From: Actinomycetota bacterium
GTDB taxonomy: Bacteria; Actinomycetota; Acidimicrobiia; IMCC26256; VFJJ01
Direction of reading: 5' to 3'
Length of the DNA: 58,287 nt
Assembly: GCA_009886115.1 (NCBI GenBank)
Contig: VFJJ01000057.1
Span: forward strand, 1-58,287
This document shows positions 8,658 through 19,997 of the stretch, one piece after another; the stretch's first letter is position 1, and each line of letters opens with the position of its first letter. The translations under genes were made by a program, and so were the position numbers. Under the pieces are notes generated by a model that worked only from the letters and a program-made list of their open reading frames with translations, did not search any database and was not told the DNA's origin.

Positions 8658-9992
8658 ATGACGCTGCCCGAGGGCGCCCGGTTCGTGGTGATCGGCGCCG
8701 GGGTGCACGGCCTGTCTACGGCCTGGCACCTGGCCAAGGAGCTCGAAGCCCGCGGCACGGGCTGGGGCGGCGACGTCGTCGTCATCGACAAGAACGGTGT
8801 GGGCGCCGGCGCTTCGGGGATCGCCTGCGGAGTGATTCGCAACAACTACTACCAGCCTGCGATGCGGCGGCTGATGGCGCATTCGGTCTCGGTCTGGGAG
8901 TCGGATCCCGAGGCGTTCAGCTACCACCCCGTGGGATACATGCAGATCTCGCCCGAGGCGATGCACGAGCAGGTGGGCCGCATCCACGCCGAGCAACAGG
9001 CGATCGGCTACGAGTCGACGTTCATCGAGGGTGGGCTCGAGAGCCGGCTCTACATGCAGGCCATGTTCCCCGACTGGCAGGCGGGCAACATCACCTCGGT
9101 GTTGCACGAGCGCCGCGGTGGCTACGCCAACAACATCGCATCGATGCTGGGGCTGGCGGCCAAGGCTCGGGCCGAGGGGGTGAGGATCTTCACCGGTACC
9201 AAGGTGACCGGCCTCACGGTCGAAGCCGGTGCGGTGACCGCCGTCGAGACCGATCAGGGGACGATCCGCTGTGAGCAGGTCGTCATCGGGGCCGGCCCCT
9301 GGGTACGAGATTTCTGGCGCATGCTCGACCTTCCCGAGACCGTGAACGTCCTCGGCCGCGACGGCCAGCGGTACGACCGGCCGATGTGGACCTACTGGTG
9401 CCTCGAAGAGGGCACCCTCGGGGTCGACCCGACATATCTCACCGATGCAAGCGGGAAGATGCCGCCGGTGATACACGTCGACACCGATGCGCCACTCATC
9501 GACGACGTCGACGGATCGGTGATCACCGACGGGCTGTGGGGCATCTACTTCAAGCCCGACTTCAACTTCGGCGGGGTGCAGGGCGGGGCGATGCCGTACA
9601 TCGTCGACAAACCGCTCGACCAGGTGGCGGTCGACCCCTACGGCACCGCCAGTCCCGACTTCGTGGTGGGGACGAGCTTCAAGCGCATGTGGACCTCGGC
9701 GCTGGCGCATTGCCTCAAGCGCTTCGAGGGCAAGGGTCATCTGTTCAAGGACGAGCCCTCGGGCGGGTTGGGCTGCTTCACCCCCGACAGCTTCCCGATG
9801 TTCGACACCTTCTGCCAGAACGCCTACGTGATCGCCGACTCGAACCACGGCTACAAGATGCTCGGCGTCGGCGCGCTGGTGGCCAAAGCGATGTTGGGCG
9901 AGCCTCAGGAGCTGCTGCATCCCTTCCGCTTCGCGCGCTATGCGGAAGGCGACCTTCACCCGGTCAGCAACTCCCCCTTCCCCTGGAGCTAG
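8658..9992 (+). CDS. FAD-dependent amine oxidoreductase (sarcosine oxidase beta / N-methylglutamate dehydrogenase A-like)
   Basis: VVIGAGVHGLSTAWHL Rossmann motif; GASGIACGVIR; FTPDSFP; NHGYKM. Confidence 0.82.
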   Translation: MTLPEGARFVVIGAGVHGLSTAWHLAKELEARGTGWGGDVVVIDKNGVGAGASGIACGVIRNNYYQPAMRRLMAHSVSVWESDPEAFSYHPVGYMQISPEAMHEQVGRIHAEQQAIGYESTFIEGGLESRLYMQAMFPDWQAGNITSVLHERRGGYANNIASMLGLAAKARAEGVRIFTGTKVTGLTVEAGAVTAVETDQGTIRCEQVVIGAGPWVRDFWRMLDLPETVNVLGRDGQRYDRPMWTYWCLEEGTLGVDPTYLTDASGKMPPVIHVDTDAPLIDDVDGSVITDGLWGIYFKPDFNFGGVQGGAMPYIVDKPLDQVAVDPYGTASPDFVVGTSFKRMWTSALAHCLKRFEGKGHLFKDEPSGGLGCFTPDSFPMFDTFCQNAYVIADSNHGYKMLGVGALVAKAMLGEPQELLHPFRFARYAEGDLHPVSNSPFPWS

Positions 9993-10007
9993 CGACCGAT
10001 TCTCGTC

Positions 10008-10056
10008 GTTCTGTGTGCAGAGAGCGTCGCCGGGCGACCGTTTCTGCACACAGAAC
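10008..10056. repeat. REP-like palindromic element, copy 1
   Basis: GTTCTGTGTGCAGA..GTCGCCGGGCGAC..TCTGCACACAGAAC; perfect 14-bp arms; intergenic. Confidence 0.85.
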
Positions 10057-10092
10057 CAGTTGATCCATCGACCGAGCACCAGGGAGATCGAC

Positions 10093-11505
10093 ATGGCCGA
10101 CAGGATGTGGGGAGCCGAGCCCTATTGGGGTCTTGGACCTGAGTGGGATCCCGATTGGGTGCTCACGGATCGCCAGAAGGAGCTCCGCGCCACGATCATC
10201 GAGCTGTGCGAACGCGAGATGCGCGCCAACGCCAAGCGTTTCGACGACACGCTCGAGTACCCGCGTCGCAACCTCGAGCTGCTCGGCGAGCACGGGTTCC
10301 TCGCTCTCACCGTCCCCGAGGAGTATGGCGGGTTGGGCGAGAATCACGTTGCCTACGCCATGGTGTGCGAGACGATCGCCCGCTATGGCTGCGCGTCGAC
10401 GGCGATGTGCTACGTGATGCACATGGGTGCGGTCAACGCCATCATGCTGCGCCCCACCGAGTTCCTGATCGACAAGTACATCCGGCCCCTCAACAGCGGC
10501 AAGATCGGCACGCTTTCGTACAGCGACCCCGAGACGGGCAGCCATTTCTGGTATCCCATCTCGTCGGGTGCCGAGCGCACCGACGGCGGGTTCAACGTGC
10601 GCAAGAAGGCGTCGTGGACCACCTCGGCGGGCTTCGCCGATTTCTACGTCGTGCAGACCACCAGCCCCGACTTCTCCTGGTACGACGACCTCTCGGTCTT
10701 CGTCGTCGACAAGGAGGACGCCCAGGCCCGGCCCGAGCTCTGGGACGCGCTGGGCTTGCGTGGCAACCAGTCGGGCTCGTTGAACATCGCGGGGTTCGTG
10801 CCCGAGAGCCAGATCATCGGGCCGGTCGGTGACGGTGCAGCATCGAACGACGAGTCGGTCGACCCATGGTTCCTCATCGGATCATCGTCGGTCTGGAACG
10901 GCATCGCCCTCGGTGCGATCGACATCACCAAGCGCCACACGACTCGTAAGAAGCACGTCGACGTGGGCCTGCGCGTGTGCGACTACCCGACGATCCAGGA
11001 CTATGTCGGCGAGTGCGTCATGGACACGAATGCCAAGCGCCTCTTCACCTACTCGGTCGCCCAGGGCTGCGATCGGGTGACCGACAACAACACGCGGGCC
11101 CTCGGGCCGGGCGAGTTCGCGCGGGCCGATCTGCTGCACTGGTTGTGGCAGATCAAGTTCGAGGCGGCCAAGAACGTCGCCAACGTGTGCGACAAGATGC
11201 TCCACGCCTGCGGCGGTTCCGGCTACAAGCGCGACATGGAGCTCGAGCGCTATCTCCGCGACGGCAAGGCCGGCTGGGTGATGGGCCCGACCAACGAGGT
11301 GCTGCGCCAGTTCGTGGGCAAGGCCGTGCTGCTCGGCTTCGAATCGCTCGACTACTGGAACCAGGCCGTCAACCAGCGCGCCATCGACAACGAGGTGAAG
11401 AAGCTCGACGCCAAGGCCAAGCGGGCGCTGGCGGAGCGGTTGCTCACAGAAGCCGACGACGATGAAGCCAAGGGGGCCAAGGGGACCGTGAAGTCGGCCT
11501 CCTGA
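10093..11505 (+). CDS. Acyl-CoA dehydrogenase-fold flavoprotein, non-canonical
   Basis: LTVPEEYGGLG, SYSDPETGS, KASWTTS, WDALGLRG, HACGGSGY, LERYLRD; GGGAG RBS. Confidence 0.85.
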   Translation: MADRMWGAEPYWGLGPEWDPDWVLTDRQKELRATIIELCEREMRANAKRFDDTLEYPRRNLELLGEHGFLALTVPEEYGGLGENHVAYAMVCETIARYGCASTAMCYVMHMGAVNAIMLRPTEFLIDKYIRPLNSGKIGTLSYSDPETGSHFWYPISSGAERTDGGFNVRKKASWTTSAGFADFYVVQTTSPDFSWYDDLSVFVVDKEDAQARPELWDALGLRGNQSGSLNIAGFVPESQIIGPVGDGAASNDESVDPWFLIGSSSVWNGIALGAIDITKRHTTRKKHVDVGLRVCDYPTIQDYVGECVMDTNAKRLFTYSVAQGCDRVTDNNTRALGPGEFARADLLHWLWQIKFEAAKNVANVCDKMLHACGGSGYKRDMELERYLRDGKAGWVMGPTNEVLRQFVGKAVLLGFESLDYWNQAVNQRAIDNEVKKLDAKAKRALAERLLTEADDDEAKGAKGTVKSAS

Positions 11506-11507
11506 TC

Positions 11508-13865
11508 GTGGACGGCGTGGACGGCGTGGAGCGCCCCGTGGATGGTGGCGGCCGGGACGATGAGCCGACTCCTCCTGTCACTGCCAACGGCACCGTGACG
11601 AGACCTCGCCTGCGCCAACCCGGCCTCGTCGTTGCGGAGTCGGGCGTCGAGCGATACCGGGTCCCGGGAGGCGGCTCGGTCGTGGTCGCGCTGGCGGGCG
11701 ACGACGTGATCGAGATCACCGACCCCGAGGGGGGTGGACGGTGTGAGCTGCGAGCCTTGGGGCGAGACGGCACCAACGGGCTCCGGGTGATCGGCGTCCA
11801 TCGCGAAGGCTCGGCGGATGGGGTGCAGCTCTTCGGCCGGTGGTCGCCAGCGGGAGCGGCGGTTCGGTTCGTCGCCAGTGACGATGTGGCGGTCACGATC
11901 GCGTCAGCGCCGCGGGTCATGGCCGTGGACGAGCACGATCCGCCATCCGAGCTTCGGGTCAGGGTCACCAGGGCGCGACCTGGCGCGAACCTCGACACGC
12001 CGGAGCTTCCACCGCCACTCGCGCTTCCTCTCCTCCTCGACCGCCGGGTCGATCGGGCGACGGCCACGGTCTACGAGGTGGCGGCTGGCCAATGGGTGCA
12101 GATCATCGACGTCGAGGGTCGCCAGTGCTCGGACCTCCTGGCGTTCAACGCCCGCCGGCTGCACGACGGGGTCGAGCGCGGCATCGATCCGACGACAACG
12201 CGCACGCTGGTCGGCTCGCTGTATCCCGGTCCGGGCCTGTATTCCAAGTACTACGACCAGGACATGCAGCCACTGCTCGAGGTGGTACGTGACACCGTCG
12301 GCCGGCACGACACCTTCGGCCTGGCGTGCACGGCCAAGTACTACGAGGACATGGGCTATCCCGGTCACGCCAACTGCTCCGAGAACTTCAACGCCTCGCT
12401 GGCGCCCTTCGGTATCGAGCCGAGGCGAGGGTGGCCGGCGGTCAACCTCTGGTACAACACGCTGATCGGGCCAGGCAACACGATCTCGCTCGACGAGCCC
12501 TGGAGCCGTCCCGGCGATTACGTGTTGCTGCGCGCTCTCACCGATCTGGTGGTCGGATCATCGGCCTGTCCCGACGACATCGACCCCACGAACGCCTGGA
12601 ATCCCACCGATGTCCACGTGCGGGTCTACGACTCCGGCCGCACCTTCACGAAGGCGATATCGCACCGCGTGACACCCGACGCCGATCCCATCCTCACCCA
12701 GGACACCGCGTTCGCCCCGTGCTGGAGCGAGCTCACCCGGCGAGTCACCGAGTACCGGGGCTTCTGGTTGCCGACGTCGTTCTCGAGTGAAGGTGCCGTC
12801 GCCGAGTACTGGGCATGTCGCGAGCGGGCGGTGGTCATCGACCTGTCGCCGCTGCGGAAGTTCGAGGTGACCGGTCCCGACGCCGAGCCCCTGCTACAGG
12901 CCGCGCTCACCCGCGATGTCCGCAAGCTCGCCACCGGCCAGGTCGTGTACTCGGCCATGTGCACCGAGACCGGCGGCATGCTCGACGACGTCACGGTGTT
13001 CCGGCTCGGCCCCGACCTGTTCAGGGTCGTCGGCGGCGACGAGCACGACGGCGTGTGGCTGCGCGAACTCGCGGAGAAGCTGGGCTACCGGGTCTGGGTG
13101 CGCCATTCGACGAGCCAGCTGCACAACCTGGCGGTCCAGGGGCCCCTGAGTCGGGCGATCGTACGGGAGATCGTCTGGACGCCACCGGGTCAGCCTTCGG
13201 TCGACGAGCTCAGGTGGTTCCGGTTCACGATCGGGCGCATCGGAGGCTTCAACGGCCCGGCGTTGCTCGTGTCACGCACCGGATACTCGGGCGAGCTGGG
13301 CTATGAGCTGTGGTGTCACCCGAATGACGCTCGTGCGGTGTGGGACGCCGTCTGGGAGGCCGGCCGTCCCCACGGCCTGTCGCCGCTGGGCCTCGATGCG
13401 CTCGACGTGCTGAGGATCGAGGCCGGCTTGGTGTTCGCCGGGTACGAGTTCGACGACCAGGTCGACCCCTACGAGGCCGGTATCGGCTTCGCCGTGGCGC
13501 TCGACAAGGGCCGTCCGCCCGACCAGCCCGACCATCCCGGCGACGACTTCGTGGGACGCGACGCGCTCCGGCGACGCCGAGCCCAACCCCAGCGGGTGCT
13601 GGTTGGGTTGGAGCTGGCCGGGAACGAGACGGCCGGCCACGGCGACCCGGTGCACCTCGGACGACCCCGGGTGGGCGTGGTCACCAGCGGGTGTCGCTCG
13701 CCGTGGCTGGGCACGAACATCGCTCTTGCTCGGGTCGCCGTCGAGGAGGCGGCGTTGGGCACCGAGCTCGAGATCGGCAAGATCGACGGCCACCAAAAGC
13801 GCATCCCCGCCCGGGTCGTGCTCTTCCCGTTCTACGACCCCGGCAAGACCAAGCCCCGCTCGTAG
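11508..13865 (+). CDS. tdm: Trimethylamine N-oxide demethylase-like (DUF1989 + GcvT aminomethyltransferase domains); start uncertain
   Basis: IIDVEGRQCSD, RHDTFGLACTAKYYEDMGYPGHANC, WYNT, EPWSRPGDY, SACPDDIDP; then GcvT motifs DLSPLRKFEVTGPDA, SRTGYSGELGYE, LRIEAG, PFYDP. Confidence 0.85.
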   Translation: MDGVDGVERPVDGGGRDDEPTPPVTANGTVTRPRLRQPGLVVAESGVERYRVPGGGSVVVALAGDDVIEITDPEGGGRCELRALGRDGTNGLRVIGVHREGSADGVQLFGRWSPAGAAVRFVASDDVAVTIASAPRVMAVDEHDPPSELRVRVTRARPGANLDTPELPPPLALPLLLDRRVDRATATVYEVAAGQWVQIIDVEGRQCSDLLAFNARRLHDGVERGIDPTTTRTLVGSLYPGPGLYSKYYDQDMQPLLEVVRDTVGRHDTFGLACTAKYYEDMGYPGHANCSENFNASLAPFGIEPRRGWPAVNLWYNTLIGPGNTISLDEPWSRPGDYVLLRALTDLVVGSSACPDDIDPTNAWNPTDVHVRVYDSGRTFTKAISHRVTPDADPILTQDTAFAPCWSELTRRVTEYRGFWLPTSFSSEGAVAEYWACRERAVVIDLSPLRKFEVTGPDAEPLLQAALTRDVRKLATGQVVYSAMCTETGGMLDDVTVFRLGPDLFRVVGGDEHDGVWLRELAEKLGYRVWVRHSTSQLHNLAVQGPLSRAIVREIVWTPPGQPSVDELRWFRFTIGRIGGFNGPALLVSRTGYSGELGYELWCHPNDARAVWDAVWEAGRPHGLSPLGLDALDVLRIEAGLVFAGYEFDDQVDPYEAGIGFAVALDKGRPPDQPDHPGDDFVGRDALRRRRAQPQRVLVGLELAGNETAGHGDPVHLGRPRVGVVTSGCRSPWLGTNIALARVAVEEAALGTELEIGKIDGHQKRIPARVVLFPFYDPGKTKPRS

Positions 13866-13886
13866 CCCCCAGCGCCCCACCGCCCG

Positions 13887-13935
13887 GTTCTGTGTGCAGA
13901 AATCGTCGCCTGGCGATGATTTCTGCACAAATTTC
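13887..13935. repeat. REP-like palindromic element, copy 2
   Basis: GTTCTGTGTGCAGAAATCGTCGCCTGGCGATGATTTCTGCACAAATTTC between convergent genes. Confidence 0.85.
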
Positions 13936-13956
13936 GGGGGGGGCGGCTCCGGGTGG

Positions 13957-14382
13957 CTACGAGTCGGGGCTGGGGACGATGAGGACGGGGCAGGGGGCGT
14001 GGTGCACGACACGCTGGCTGACGCTCCCGAGCACGGCGCCGGCCCACGCGCCGTGGCCGCGGGATCCCACGACGATGGCGTCGGCCCGCTCGGCCTTGGC
14101 CGTCTCGCAGATCTCCCAGGCAGCCCCGCGCGCTCCCGGCCGGGCGAACAGGGTGCCGGCGACCTTGCCCCCCGCGTCCTCGATCCTCGTCTTGACGGTG
14201 TCGAGCAGCGAGCGGGCAGCCGCCTCCGATTCCTCATGGGCGGCGCCTCGGGAGGGCCACACATCGAGGACGTGCAACACGACGAGAGCCCCTCCCGTCG
14301 AGGCCGACAGCTTCGCCGCGGTCTCGATCACTGCGTCATTGGCGGTTGAACCATCGACCCCGACCACGATGCGCTCGAACAT
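13957..14382 (-). CDS. Universal stress protein
   Basis: IVVGVDGS; IVVGSRGHG..LGSVSQRVVHHAPCPVLIV. Confidence 0.93.
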   Translation of the reverse strand: MFERIVVGVDGSTANDAVIETAAKLSASTGGALVVLHVLDVWPSRGAAHEESEAAARSLLDTVKTRIEDAGGKVAGTLFARPGARGAAWEICETAKAERADAIVVGSRGHGAWAGAVLGSVSQRVVHHAPCPVLIVPSPDS

Positions 14383-14502
14383 GAGATCCTCCCTGATGGC
14401 GCGTGCGTTGCCACGAGCATGCGCCGGGCACGGACGTGCCGGACAGGGCCGGAGGGCACCCGTCGCCGAGTCGTTCGGCCCGGCGACACGGGTCGAACAG
14501 GC

Positions 14503-15036
14503 TCAGGTCGTGTAGCGGCTGCGGTGGAACACCAGGGGCTCGTTGTCGGCGCTGTCGACTGCTTCCACGCGTCCGACGAGGATCACGTGGTCGCCCCCGT
14601 GGAACCAGTGCTCGAGACGGCACTCCAGCGTCGCGTGGGTACCGGTGAGGACGGGGATGCCGGCGTCGGTCAGACGATGCTCGATGCCGGCGAGCTTGTC
14701 GTCGCTCGGACGGGCGAAATGACCCGACAGTCGTTGCTGATCGGCAGCGAGGATGTTCACCACGAACGCCCGTCCGATGGCGAAGCCGGCCATGCTGGGA
14801 GCGCGCCGGTTCAGGCAGATCAGCACGAGTGGGGGATCGAGCGACACCGACGTGAACGAGTTGGCGGTGAACGCCAGCAGGCGGTCGTCGGCTCCCCGGG
14901 TGGTGACGACGGTGACACCGGTGGCGAAGGACCCGACCGCCCGCTTGAACGCCGCGGTGTCGACCGCTGCAGCCTCGATGGCAGCTGCATGCGCGTCGTC
15001 GACCTCGGCGGGCGCCGGTCCCTCTGGGAAGCTCAC
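14503..15036 (-). CDS. Flavin reductase (HpaC/DszD-like)
   Basis: FATGVTVVT, TANSFTSVSLDPPLV, GGDHVILVG, PLVFHR. Confidence 0.92.
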   Translation of the reverse strand: MSFPEGPAPAEVDDAHAAAIEAAAVDTAAFKRAVGSFATGVTVVTTRGADDRLLAFTANSFTSVSLDPPLVLICLNRRAPSMAGFAIGRAFVVNILAADQQRLSGHFARPSDDKLAGIEHRLTDAGIPVLTGTHATLECRLEHWFHGGDHVILVGRVEAVDSADNEPLVFHRSRYTT

Positions 15037-15054
15037 GCGCGGGCCTCCCCCTCC

Positions 15055-15105
15055 CACATCTGCGCGGAAATGTGCGCCCGGTGAGCAATTCCGCGCAAAT
15101 TTCGG
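15055..15105. repeat. REP-like palindromic element, divergent copy 3
   Basis: TGCGCGGAA..TTCCGCGCA followed by AATTTCGGGG; same length and 3' end as copy 2. Confidence 0.7.
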
Positions 15106-15121
15106 GGAGGTGGGGTCGGGG

Positions 15122-16068
15122 TCATGGCGCCGGTCGGGGCTGGACGTGGCCGAAACCGAAGCGGCCCTTGATGCACAGGTTGCCGCTCGTGATGTCGTGA
15201 TCGGCCGGTGAAGTGACCTTGACGATGGTGTTGTCCTGCACGTGAAGCGTGAGGTTGCAGCCCACGCCGCAGTAGGGGCAGATCGTGTCGGTGGCGGTCT
15301 GGCGCGACGCGTCCCAAGTCCCGGCCAACCGCATGTCGAACTCGATGCTGGGCATCAGGGCGCCGGTGGGGCACACGGCGATGCAGTTCCCGCAATACAC
15401 GCAGGCCGAGTCGGGCAGGCCCAGGGCGAACTCGGTCGAGATGCGAGCGTCGAACCCCCGCCCGGCCACGCCGATGGCGAAGGTGTTCTGCCACTGCTCG
15501 CCGCACGCATCGACGCACTGGTAGCACAGAATGCACTTCGCGTAGTCGCGGACGTACAGGTCGTTGTCGACCGTGGCCGGTTGGTGGACGGTTTCCGCGA
15601 TGGCGTGATCGCCGGCGGGCGGCAGGTGATGATGACCGGCCTGGGCGGCGTCGCGTACCCCCGCATCGGAGAACGACGGTCGCCCGAACCGGCCGGGGTC
15701 GGCGCGGTACTCGTGGTTCCAACGCTCGACGTTGGCCGTGGTCGAGAGGTCGACCGACGAGCCGAGCAACTCGAGCACCATGCGGCGACTGTGCTTCACG
15801 CGATCGGACGCCGTGTGCACGACCATCCCCGGCTCCACGGTGCGCGAGCACGACGGCACCAGCACCCGCGCGCCCTCCACCTCCACCATGCACACCCGAC
15901 AGGCGTTCTTCGGCGTGATCGTGGGCCCGAAGCACAGCGTGGGTATCTCGTGCCCTTCCCGTCGGCAGGCGTCGAGGATCGTCGACCCCTCGGGAACCTT
16001 CACCGTCTCGCCGTCGACGGTGAGCTCGACCTTTCGGACGGGTGCTCGCAGGGCCACCGGTGTGCTGC

Positions 16069-16072
<4 letters not shown>
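15122..16072 (-). CDS. Formate dehydrogenase Fe-S subunit (2Fe-2S + 2x4Fe-4S + molybdopterin-oxidoreductase Fe4S4 domain)
   Basis: IPTLC..ACRVC..SC; CILCYQCVDAC; CVYCGNCIAVCP; TICPYCGVGC..LCIKG; GTGA overlap with upstream gene. Confidence 0.9.
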
Positions 16073-17936
<1,864 letters not shown>

Positions 17937-17937
<1 letters not shown>

Positions 17938-19859
17938 CAGGCTCCTGCGGTCGCGAGCTTGTCGATGCGGACGGCCGAGGCCTTGAACTCGGCGGTCCCC
18001 GACTTGGGATCCCATGCCTCGATGGTGAGCTGGTTGGTGTCGACGTCGTCGGGGAAGTGCATCGTCATGAACACCAGTCCCGGGCGCAAGCCGGGATCGA
18101 TCCGGGTCGGGACCTCGAGCACGCCCCGCCGCGAGCTGACGCGGACGGTCTCGTCTGGGACCAGGCCGAGACGATGTGCGTCCTCGGGCGAGACGTCGAT
18201 CGTCTCGCCCATCCGCATGGGCGACGACATCGCACCCGACTGCACCCCGGTGTTGTACGAGTCGAGGCGTCGCCCCGTGGTGAGGCGCAGCGGGAAGTCG
18301 TCGGAGAGCTCGTCGACGGGCGAAGAGTGAGCCACGACCGAGAACGGAGCCCGGCGACCGAGCGTTGCCGGATCGTCGGACCACAGGCGCCCGTGCAGAT
18401 AGCTCGGTTCGAGCTCGGTCTCGGACGGGCACGGCCACTGGATGCCACCCAGGTCTTCCAAGCGGCGATAGCTCATCCCGGTGTGCATCGGTGACAGTGA
18501 GCGCAGCTCGTCCCAGATCGCCTCGGCCGAGTCGTACCGCCAGTCGTGACCGAGCCGCCGAGCGAGGTCGAGGATGATGTCGATGTCGTCGCGTGCTCCC
18601 TCGGGAGCGTCGATGGCCTTGCGGACCCGCTGCACGCGCCGCTCGGAGTTGGTGACCGTGCCCTCGGTCTCGCACCAGGCGGCCGAGGCCGGGAGCACGA
18701 CGTGGGCCAGCTGCGCGGTGCGGGTGAGGAAGATGTCCTGGACCACGAGGTGCTCGAGGCCCGAGAGGTGGTGGATGGCCTGCTCGACGTCGGCCTCGGA
18801 CTGGGCCGGGTTCTCGCCGATCACATAGAGGGCGGTGAGGTCGCCCCGCCCCATGGCCTCGAACATCTGGGTGAGATGCCAGCCGTACCGGGGCACGATC
18901 GTCGTGCTCCAGGCCGCGTCGAACTTCGCCCGGGCTTCGGCATCGAGGATGTCCTGGAAGCCGGGGAGGCGGTTGGGGATGGCGCCCATGTCGCCGCCGC
19001 CCTGCACGTTGTTCTGTCCCCGCAAGGGATTGAGGCCCGACCCGTACCGTCCGACGTGTCCGGTGAGCAGCGCGAGGTTGATGAGCGAGAGCACGTTGTC
19101 GACGGCGTCGTGGTGCTCGGTGATGCCGAGCGTCCAGCAGATCTGGGCCCGATCGGCCCGGGCATAGGCCTGTGCCAGCTCGCGAATCACCTCGGCCGGT
19201 ACGCCGGTGACGGCCGCGCCGCGTTCGAGCGTCCATTCCTCGACCGACGCCGCGTACTCGGCGAACCCGGTCGTGGCCCGCTCGATGAACACGCGGTTGT
19301 GCAGCCCGGCATGGATGATCTCGCGTGCCACCGTGTTCGACAGGGCGATGTCGGTGCCGACGTGCAGCCCCAACCAGCCATCGGCCCACTGGGCGCTGCT
19401 CGTGCGGCGCGGATCGATGCAGTAGAGCGAAGCGCCGGCGTTCACCGCCGTGAGCACGTGGTGGAAGAAGATGGGATGGGTCTCGCGCGCGTTCGAGCCC
19501 CAGAGGACGATCACGTCGGTGTCCTCGACCTCGCGGTATGACGAGGTGCCACCGCCTGCTCCGAAGACCGTCGCCAGACCGACGACGCTGGGAGCGTGTC
19601 AGGTGCGGTTGCAGGAGTCGATGTTGTTGGTGCCGATGGCGACCCGGACGAACTTCTGGGCGACGAAGTTCATCTCGTTGGTGGCCTTCGAGCACGAGAA
19701 GACGCCCACCGAGCTCGGACCTCGAGTGTCACGAGCGCCGCGGAACCCGGCCGCGGCACGATCGAGCGCCTCGTCCCACGACGCGGGGCGTAGCTGACCT
19801 CCATCGCGGACGAGCGGTGTGGTGAGCCGTTGGTACGGCTGAGGAGCACGGCGCGGCAC
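17937..19859 (-). CDS. fdhF: Selenocysteine-containing Mo/W-bisPGD formate dehydrogenase catalytic subunit (about 640 aa, UGA at 19599-19601)
   Basis: Track ORFs 19599..19859 and 17937..19514 are in the same frame, joined by NNIDSCNRT-U-HAPSVVGL; LRGQNNVQG carries the catalytic Arg; AGGAGG RBS. Confidence 0.92.
19565..19601 (-). promoter_or_regulatory. Bacterial SECIS element
   Basis: UGA CAC GCU CCC AG CGUCGUC GGUCU GGCGACG: a stem starting 11 nt after the UGA with a GGUCU apex, as in fdhF-type SECIS. Confidence 0.8.
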
Positions 19860-19997
19860 GGGGACCTCCTGTTTCCTCTGGCGATCCGAAGTCTACTGTG
19901 ATGAAACTCGTCGGGTCAGGGCGAGCGGATGCACCAGCCGGTCCCGGACGGGCCGCCACACGGGGGCGGCAACACGGTGCGATGCGGTGCGTTGCGG

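Noticed and set aside
19599..19859. FDH pseudogene or separate 86-aa gene
   Set aside because: The UGA is at the catalytic Sec position and is followed by a SECIS.
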